From an uncultured bacterium (lineage in GTDB: Bacteria > Bacteroidota > Bacteroidia > Bacteroidales > Marinifilaceae): DNA of 32,442 bases. The notes below the pieces were generated by a model, which saw only the letters and a list, made by a program, of their open reading frames with translations, did no database searches and was not told the DNA's origin. How positions within the stretch are numbered: the stretch's first letter is position 1; each line of letters starts with the position of its first letter. The stretch spans positions 1-32,442 of the forward strand of contig CAJMQA010000001.1 of the NCBI GenBank assembly GCA_905215395.1. The letters run 5' to 3'. Below are positions 26,254-32,442 of this stretch, piece after piece. Position numbers and translations under genes: made by a program.

Positions 26254-28514
26254 TGCGTACCTCCCAAAAGATGCTCTGCAAAATAATGCCGTAATAAATT
26301 AAAATAATATGGGGAGTCAATATTGTGGTCAGCTCCCGGAATAACCATCATATCGAACAGTTTATTTGCCTTAATCAAAGCATTGGCTAAACGAAAGGTA
26401 TTAGCAGGATGTACATTAATATCCATATCACCTGTCACCAACAATAATTTCCCCTTTAAATTCTTCGCCAATTCCATTGTTGTAGGAATCTTCGATTCAA
26501 AAATATAATTTTTTACACCATCTGTATCTTTTTTGACCCTCATTTTTACTCCATGGTACATCTCTCCCCACCATTTCGTGTAAATATTATTATCGTGATT
26601 ACCGGAAGCTGCTACACCCACCTTAAAAAAATCGGGATAAGTCAGAAGGGCAACTGCTGCCATCATCCCACCCCCTGAATGTCCGTATATTCCCACCCGG
26701 TTCAAGTCGATATAAGAATAACGGTCAGCCAGTTGCTCGATAGCAAACTTACAATCAGCCAAAGGATAATCCCGCAAATTTCCATAACCGAAATTATAGA
26801 AATTTTTCCCCCGATACATCGAACCACCCCGGTATCCGATATGGATCACAATAAACCCCAATTGCGCCAGAGCCTGATTACCATTGTCATCCATAGAAAA
26901 AGCCTGGGGCACCTGATCCTCCTGAGGCCCTGGATAAACATAAGCAATCAGAGGATATTTCCGGGTAGAATCCATATCAAAAGGTTTATACATCACACCG
27001 TACAGATCGGTTATTCCATCAGCAGACTTTACCGATATTTTCTGTGGTTCCCGCCAACCGGTACCATACAATAAACTCAGATCTGCTTTTTCAAGCGGCA
27101 AGATTTCCTTGCCTTTCATATCCCGGACTACCGATACCGGAGCCATATCCACTCTGGAATAAACATCCAACAAATAATTTCCCTGCCTCGACAATTCGAT
27201 GGAATGATATCCATTTCCCGGAGTCAGTAAAGTCAGACCAGAACCATCAAAATTTACCCGGTAGAAAAAACGATAGGCCGGATCCATCCCTTTCTCACGT
27301 CCATATCCTTCAAAAATAAAGTAACGTTTCGCTTTATCCAGATGGGAAATCTTACAAGCAGTAAAAGTCCCGGAAGTAACGGTATTTTTCAATTTCCCAT
27401 ATTTATCATACAGATAATACTGTCCCCAACCCGTACGTTCCGACCACCAGATGATGTCTTCCCCCCCATTCAGAATCCGGCAATCAAATAATTGCTCGGT
27501 AAAATAAGGCGTTGAAGTTTCACTGATTACTTCAGAAACTTCCCCGGTACGGGTATCCACCCGGCATAAATCCATTTTATCACAAGTTCTGCTTTTACGG
27601 GTAAAATAAAGATCCTCAGGATAATTTTTCAGATCGGAAGTTACAATCCGAATCTCCTGATCGGGATATTTATCAATATTTACAACAATATGTTTACGCG
27701 TATCCGGGTGAAACAAATGCAGATCATATGTGAAAACATACTTTTCACCCGGCATAGGAAATTTATAAGTACGCAATTTTGGACGTGGCTCAGCCAAATT
27801 ATCAACCACCCAACAATCTTCAATCTTACGCCTATCCTGACGTAAGCTGTAAAACACCTTAGAATTTCCAGCCCACACAATATTGGGAGTTGTATTTTTA
27901 TCCGAATCGCTGTCTTTCTGATTACTATAAGAATAATACCTTTCCCCATCTGTGGTCAGCTGTACCGGAACCGTATCCTGCTTGCTCAGAAGATACAAAT
28001 TGTGATGATAAGCATATACACTGTAATTGCTGTCGGGGGAAAACTTTAACCAATAAGGAGGTGTCGGAGAATAAAAACGGCAGGCTTGATCACGTTCCAG
28101 TATTTTCAATTCCCGGGTTCTGATGTTGTAATGAAAATCCATCCCCCCTTTGGAAAAAGAAAAACAATAGGGATTCTCTTCATCAAACTTAAGTCCACCT
28201 AAACGGAAATCCTTGATATTAAATGACATTCCCGTAGCCTGAGTTAATTTACCAACCATATCATCCACCGCAAACATTTCCAACTTTTTCTTATGGGCCG
28301 GATCGACCATATAGTACCTGGAACCTCCGGTCGTAATATAGTTATACCAAAACATATCCGTCCCCGGTATCCAGGAAGGAAATACACTCAAAGAGTGATA
28401 ATACTTCTTCAGATTTTCCTCTGAATACTTGTAACAATTTTTAAAATCTGCTTTCTGTGCATAAGAAAAAAATGCACAAAAGAAAAAAACGAAAAAAAGA
28501 GTCTTTTTCATCAT
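26250..28514 (-). CDS. Secreted S9-family (dipeptidyl-peptidase IV-like) serine peptidase
   Basis: Signal peptide MMKKTLFFVFFFCAFFSYA (likely start 28514 or 28511); beta-propeller region; YVYPGP, GIYGHSGGG (Ser), GDMDINVH (Asp), GADH (His). Confidence 0.93.
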   Translation of the reverse strand: MMKKTLFFVFFFCAFFSYAQKADFKNCYKYSEENLKKYYHSLSVFPSWIPGTDMFWYNYITTGGSRYYMVDPAHKKKLEMFAVDDMVGKLTQATGMSFNIKDFRLGGLKFDEENPYCFSFSKGGMDFHYNIRTRELKILERDQACRFYSPTPPYWLKFSPDSNYSVYAYHHNLYLLSKQDTVPVQLTTDGERYYSYSNQKDSDSDKNTTPNIVWAGNSKVFYSLRQDRRKIEDCWVVDNLAEPRPKLRTYKFPMPGEKYVFTYDLHLFHPDTRKHIVVNIDKYPDQEIRIVTSDLKNYPEDLYFTRKSRTCDKMDLCRVDTRTGEVSEVISETSTPYFTEQLFDCRILNGGEDIIWWSERTGWGQYYLYDKYGKLKNTVTSGTFTACKISHLDKAKRYFIFEGYGREKGMDPAYRFFYRVNFDGSGLTLLTPGNGYHSIELSRQGNYLLDVYSRVDMAPVSVVRDMKGKEILPLEKADLSLLYGTGWREPQKISVKSADGITDLYGVMYKPFDMDSTRKYPLIAYVYPGPQEDQVPQAFSMDDNGNQALAQLGFIVIHIGYRGGSMYRGKNFYNFGYGNLRDYPLADCKFAIEQLADRYSYIDLNRVGIYGHSGGGMMAAVALLTYPDFFKVGVAASGNHDNNIYTKWWGEMYHGVKMRVKKDTDGVKNYIFESKIPTTMELAKNLKGKLLLVTGDMDINVHPANTFRLANALIKANKLFDMMVIPGADHNIDSPYYFNLLRHYFAEHLLGGTH

Positions 28515-28589
28515 ATTCACATTTTGCGTTCTACGTATCATGTTATACACATACTTTCATAAAGGCCAATAAATAAAAGTACATGTGAC

Positions 28590-28597
28590 CAAAAGTA
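28590..28597 (-). promoter_or_regulatory. -7 promoter box for the S9 peptidase-ECF transcript
   Basis: Minus strand TACTTTTG (TAnnTTTG). Confidence 0.55.
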
Positions 28598-28660
28598 GTA
28601 ATCTTTATTTATTCTTTTTACAATTTGAATAAAATTAACAGGATTCAGTATCTAAAATAC

Positions 28661-28668
28661 TATCTTTG
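28661..28668 (+). promoter_or_regulatory. -7 promoter box directly upstream of the cobalamin riboswitch
   Basis: TATCTTTG followed by CA, a few bases before the riboswitch 5' end. Confidence 0.8.
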
Positions 28669-28671
28669 CAG

Positions 28672-28840
28672 TTGCGTCGGTATCCCGTATGGGAATTTGG
28701 GAATCCGGAGAAATACCGGAGCTGTCCCCGCAGCTGTAAAGTCATTACTGTCATTCCGCAGGTCTTTTCAATGATCCACTGAAACCCGGGTGTTTTGGGA
28801 AGGAGAAAAGACGACAAGCCAGAAAACCTGCCGATGGCAT
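28672..28840 (+). ncRNA. Cobalamin (AdoCbl) riboswitch
   Basis: Hallmark segments GGGAATCCGGaGAAAtaCCGGAGCTGTCCCCGCAGCTGTAA, CCACTG...GGGAAGG and B12 box AAGCCAGAAAACCTGCCG, in the leader of ABC uptake genes. Confidence 0.95.
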
Positions 28841-28876
28841 AAATATCAATAATTTTATCTTTCGGAGGAAAAGAGT

Positions 28877-30019
28877 ATGAAAAAATACTTCTTTTTATCA
28901 TTGCTTGTATTTTTAGGGTACGGACTTTCAGTGATGTCCTGCCGGTCCGGAAATTCCCGGAAACAATCTACACAACCGGCTGTACATCAGAGTATGGACG
29001 TCCGTTATGCCAAAGGCTTCCGGGTAGAAACATGCAAAGATTATCAGGTATTACACATCAAAGATCCCCAGAGCGAACAAAGTACAGAATATTCGTTTGC
29101 TTTGCGCAAACGGGGCAGTAAGCCTGAAATTCCGGACGGAATGACCATCATCGACCTTCCGGTCAATCGCCTGATTTGTATGACTTCACTCCAGCTTTCC
29201 AACCTGATCAAGCTGGATGCCACGGAGAAGGTTGTCGGTATCAGTAGCACCCGTTTTCTGAGTAATCCCACTATAAAACGGCAACTGGAGGAAGGAACGA
29301 CACAAAAAATCGGCATCGAAGGCAATTTCGATCCGGAGATCATCATGAGCCTGGCTCCCGATATCATCCTAATCTCTCCTTTCAAACAAGGAGGATACGA
29401 TGCGATGAAGGAAGTGGATATCCCGTTGATCCCCCATCTGGGATACAAAGAGATGACCCCTCTCGGTCAAGCTGAATGGATCAAATTTGTGGGCCTGCTG
29501 ACCGGAGAAGAAGAAAAAGCCAACAACATATTTTCCGGAATAGAAAAAAGCTACAACGACCTGAAGCAACTGACTTCAAAAGTAAAACACCGTCCCGTGG
29601 TCCTGAGCGGTGAAATACACGGGGGAGCCTGGTATGCTGTCGGCGGACAAAGTTTTCTGGCTCAGGTATTCAAAGATGCCGGGGCCGATTATTTCATGAA
29701 AGACGATCCCCGTTCCGGCGGTGTAAATCTGGATTTTGAAACGGTCTACAATCAGGCAGACAGCGCTGATTACTGGCGGATACTGAACAGCTTCCCCGGG
29801 ACTTATTCGTACGATGCCCTGAAAGCCCAGGACGAACGGTATGCCGACTTCAGAGCTTTTAAGCAAAAAAAAGTCATCTATTGCAATATGCGGGAAAAAC
29901 CCTATTATGAAAATATGCCCGTAGAACCCGAGCTTTTATTATCGGATTTTATCAAAGTTTTTCATCCGGATCTGCTGCCTGATTATCAACCCGTATATTA
30001 TCAATTATTGACAGAATGA
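28877..30019 (+). CDS. btuF: Cobalamin/iron-complex ABC transporter substrate-binding lipoprotein (BtuF-like)
   Basis: Lipobox VMSC; YAKGF, EMTPLGQAEWIKF, AGADY, PELLLSDFIKVFHP. First gene under the B12 riboswitch. Confidence 0.8.
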   Translation: MKKYFFLSLLVFLGYGLSVMSCRSGNSRKQSTQPAVHQSMDVRYAKGFRVETCKDYQVLHIKDPQSEQSTEYSFALRKRGSKPEIPDGMTIIDLPVNRLICMTSLQLSNLIKLDATEKVVGISSTRFLSNPTIKRQLEEGTTQKIGIEGNFDPEIIMSLAPDIILISPFKQGGYDAMKEVDIPLIPHLGYKEMTPLGQAEWIKFVGLLTGEEEKANNIFSGIEKSYNDLKQLTSKVKHRPVVLSGEIHGGAWYAVGGQSFLAQVFKDAGADYFMKDDPRSGGVNLDFETVYNQADSADYWRILNSFPGTYSYDALKAQDERYADFRAFKQKKVIYCNMREKPYYENMPVEPELLLSDFIKVFHPDLLPDYQPVYYQLLTE

Positions 30020-31059
30020 ATACGGTAGGTAAAAATACAATCCTGTTGGGAATCATCATTTTGTTGATTTTTATCTTCCTGTTTCTGAACATGGTTTTGG
30101 GATCTGTAGAAATTCCCATGCGCTCGGTGTGGAATATCCTGACCGGAACCGGTGAAGAACCCACCACCTGGCAAAACATCATCTGGAAATCACGTTGTCC
30201 CCAGGCACTGACAGCTTTGGTGGCAGGTGCGGGACTTTCCATCAGCGGGTTGCAAATGCAAACCGTTTTCCGGAATCCCCTGGCAGGTCCTTCCGTATTG
30301 GGAATCAGTTCCGGAGCCAGCCTGGGAGTGGCCTTTGTGGTTCTTTTCTCCGGCAGTATCGGAGGCATTGCCCTGAGCCACCTCGGATTTATCGGCGAAG
30401 TGGCCCTGTCCATTGCAGCCATCATCGGTTCGCTTTCGGTCATGGCGCTGATCGTATATGTTTCACACAAAGTCAAAGGAAATGTCACCCTGCTGATCAT
30501 CGGGGTAATGATCGGATATCTGGCCAATGCCATTATCGGCATCCTGAAATATTTCAGTGTGGAAGAAGATATCAAAGCTTATGTCATCTGGGGATTGGGA
30601 AGTTTCTCACGGGTATCCGGCAATCAGATGATGCTATTTGTCTCCATCATGGCGGTCCTGATCCCACTCTCTTTTCTGCTGGTTAAAACCTTAAACCTGT
30701 TGTTGCTGGGGGACGGATATGCCCGTAACCTGGGTCTGAATATCAAACGCGCCCGCGTCCTTGTCATCGGATGTTCGGGTGTCCTGACAGCCATCGTCAC
30801 CGCCTATTGCGGTCCGATTGTTTTTCTGGGACTGGCAGTCCCCCATCTCTGCCGGGCCGTATTTCAAACTTCCGATCACCGGTTGCTGATGCCGGCATCC
30901 ATGGTCATGGGAGCAGCCCTGGCTCTGGCCTGCAACCTGATTGCGCGCATGCCGGGATTTGAAGGTGCCTTGCCCGTCAATTCTGTCACCGCCCTGATCG
31001 GTGCCCCTGTCATTGCTTCCGTTCTGTTCCGTAAACGTAAAAACGAGCTGAATGAATAA
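30016..31059 (+). CDS. btuC: FecCD/BtuC-family ABC permease
   Basis: GLQMQTVFRNPLAGPSVLGISSGASLG, LLLGDGYARNLG, GPIVFLGLAVPH, TALIGAP. ATGA overlap with the upstream gene. Confidence 0.85.
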   Translation: MNTVGKNTILLGIIILLIFIFLFLNMVLGSVEIPMRSVWNILTGTGEEPTTWQNIIWKSRCPQALTALVAGAGLSISGLQMQTVFRNPLAGPSVLGISSGASLGVAFVVLFSGSIGGIALSHLGFIGEVALSIAAIIGSLSVMALIVYVSHKVKGNVTLLIIGVMIGYLANAIIGILKYFSVEEDIKAYVIWGLGSFSRVSGNQMMLFVSIMAVLIPLSFLLVKTLNLLLLGDGYARNLGLNIKRARVLVIGCSGVLTAIVTAYCGPIVFLGLAVPHLCRAVFQTSDHRLLMPASMVMGAALALACNLIARMPGFEGALPVNSVTALIGAPVIASVLFRKRKNELNE

Positions 31060-32071
31060 GAACGCCACCATAGAACTCCGGGATCTCAGCATCGGCTACA
31101 AAGGTAAAGCCCACCACAAGGTGGTGGCTGAAAATATCACATCCTCGATTTACAGCGGGGAACTGACCTGCCTGTTGGGAACCAACGGTATCGGGAAATC
31201 CACCCTGCTACGTACCTTGTCTGCCTTTCAACCCGCTCTGGGCGGTGAAATCAGGATCATGGACAAGGAATTACACCGCTATACCGATAAAGCCCTGTCC
31301 ACAGTCATCAGCGTCGTACTGACAGAAAAATGCGATATCCGGAACATGAGCGTCCGGGAACTGATTGGCATGGGACGTAGTCCTTACACCGGTTTCTGGG
31401 GCAACTTAGGTGCAGACGATCAGGCCATCGTCGAACAATCCATCGATCTGGTAAATATCCGGAATCTGGCCTCCCGGATGTTACACACCCTCAGCGACGG
31501 GGAGCGTCAAAAAGCCATGATCGCCAAAGCCCTGGCTCAGGAAACTCCGGTGATCTTTCTGGACGAACCTACGGCTTTCCTGGATTTCCCGAGTAAAGTC
31601 GAAATCATGCAATTGCTCCACCGGCTGACCCGTGAAACCCATAAAACCATTTTCCTGTCCACACACGATCTGGAACTGGCCTTGCAAATTGCCGACAAAA
31701 TATGGCTCATGGACAAAGCCAACGGAATTACGATCGGCACCCCGGAAGACCTGGCCCTCAGCGGACACCTCAGCCATTTTTTTGCCCGCAAAGGCATCAC
31801 CTTCGACCTGGAATCGGGTCTGTTCCGGATCGCCAATACCTATAAAAAAGAGATACGCCTTTCCGGACACGGACAAAAATACGCCATGGTTCGCAAAGCC
31901 CTCCAACGTAACGAAATCCTGGCCAACCGGAATATTGAATCGGATATCCTGATCGAAACCGGAAATCTTCAAACCGAAGACTTTATTCTTCATTTTCCCG
32001 GCCAACCGCCCCTCACCGTCAACACCATCGAAGCTCTGCTGGAAAAAACCGAAGAATTTTTTAAATGTTAA
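31052..32071 (+). CDS. btuD: ABC transporter ATP-binding protein (BtuD/FepC-like)
   Basis: Walker A GTNGIGKST, LSDGERQK, Walker B IFLDEPT, STHDL. Confidence 0.85.
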   Translation: MNKNATIELRDLSIGYKGKAHHKVVAENITSSIYSGELTCLLGTNGIGKSTLLRTLSAFQPALGGEIRIMDKELHRYTDKALSTVISVVLTEKCDIRNMSVRELIGMGRSPYTGFWGNLGADDQAIVEQSIDLVNIRNLASRMLHTLSDGERQKAMIAKALAQETPVIFLDEPTAFLDFPSKVEIMQLLHRLTRETHKTIFLSTHDLELALQIADKIWLMDKANGITIGTPEDLALSGHLSHFFARKGITFDLESGLFRIANTYKKEIRLSGHGQKYAMVRKALQRNEILANRNIESDILIETGNLQTEDFILHFPGQPPLTVNTIEALLEKTEEFFKC

Positions 32072-32114
32072 AAAAAACTCTGCCGGAGGACAGTATCCGG
32101 AAATTCACGAGGTT

Positions 32115-32442
32115 CTATGTTTCCGGAATCAGCAGGATACTAAGCTGGCAATGATGCAAAAAATTCCGGCAGACATCCCCGCATTTATCGGCCAGCAGAG
32201 AAAAAAAAGGATGTCCGGCAGGTAATAATTCCCACAATTCCCGGGCCAGAGTCATTTGCTGAATGCTCTTACAAACAGCTTCAGAACCTCCGCTTTCCCG
32301 AACCAATGTACTGATAAAATCCCGGTTCATCACCACACTCCGGCTATGGGTATCGGCATGCCCTTCGGCCAATTTGACGGCCTTACCGATCATAATTCCC
32401 ATCGTCAGCTGCTCTATTTCTTCTTCTTCAGCTAATTTCAGG
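32115..32442 (-). CDS. cbiD: Cobalt-precorrin-5B C1-methyltransferase CbiD, C-terminal part (runs off window end)
   Basis: Frame is open to the window end: LKLAEEEEIEQLTMGIMIGKAVKLAEGHADTHS...TLARELW. GKxxKLAxGxxxTHS is characteristic of CbiD, and the neighbours are cobalamin genes. Confidence 0.85.
   Translation of the reverse strand, partial: LKLAEEEEIEQLTMGIMIGKAVKLAEGHADTHSRSVVMNRDFISTLVRESGGSEAVCKSIQQMTLARELWELLPAGHPFFSLLADKCGDVCRNFLHHCQLSILLIPET

Overview
Chromosomal window from a Bacteroidota anaerobe, probably Bacteroidales (Odoribacter/Butyricimonas-like by gene content; this is an inference). TAnnTTTG-type promoters occur throughout. From left to right: a partial SusC transducer with FecR and a divergent ECF sigma factor; two tandem Na/Pi cotransporter paralogues; alpha2-type glycyl-tRNA ligase; an unexplained ~810-bp intergenic region; a DcaP-like porin; ribF, B12-dependent nrdJ, rimM, rpsP and cbiL; an 11.6-kb CAZyme-free locus (S9 peptidase, ECF, FecR, SusC, SusD and three lipoproteins); a cobalamin riboswitch heading btuFCD-like ABC genes; and the 3' end of cbiD. 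The most unusual signals lie at 8880-9690. (1) A 181-bp element has perfect 16-bp terminal inverted repeats and folds over its whole length into a rod with repeated tandem GA/GA motifs. (2) An uncalled 36-aa hydrophobic-then-basic ORF sits on the minus strand. (3) A 42-bp sequence containing that ORF's start codon recurs exactly 7.77 kb away, at the edge of the SusCD locus. Functional interpretations of these three signals are hypotheses only.
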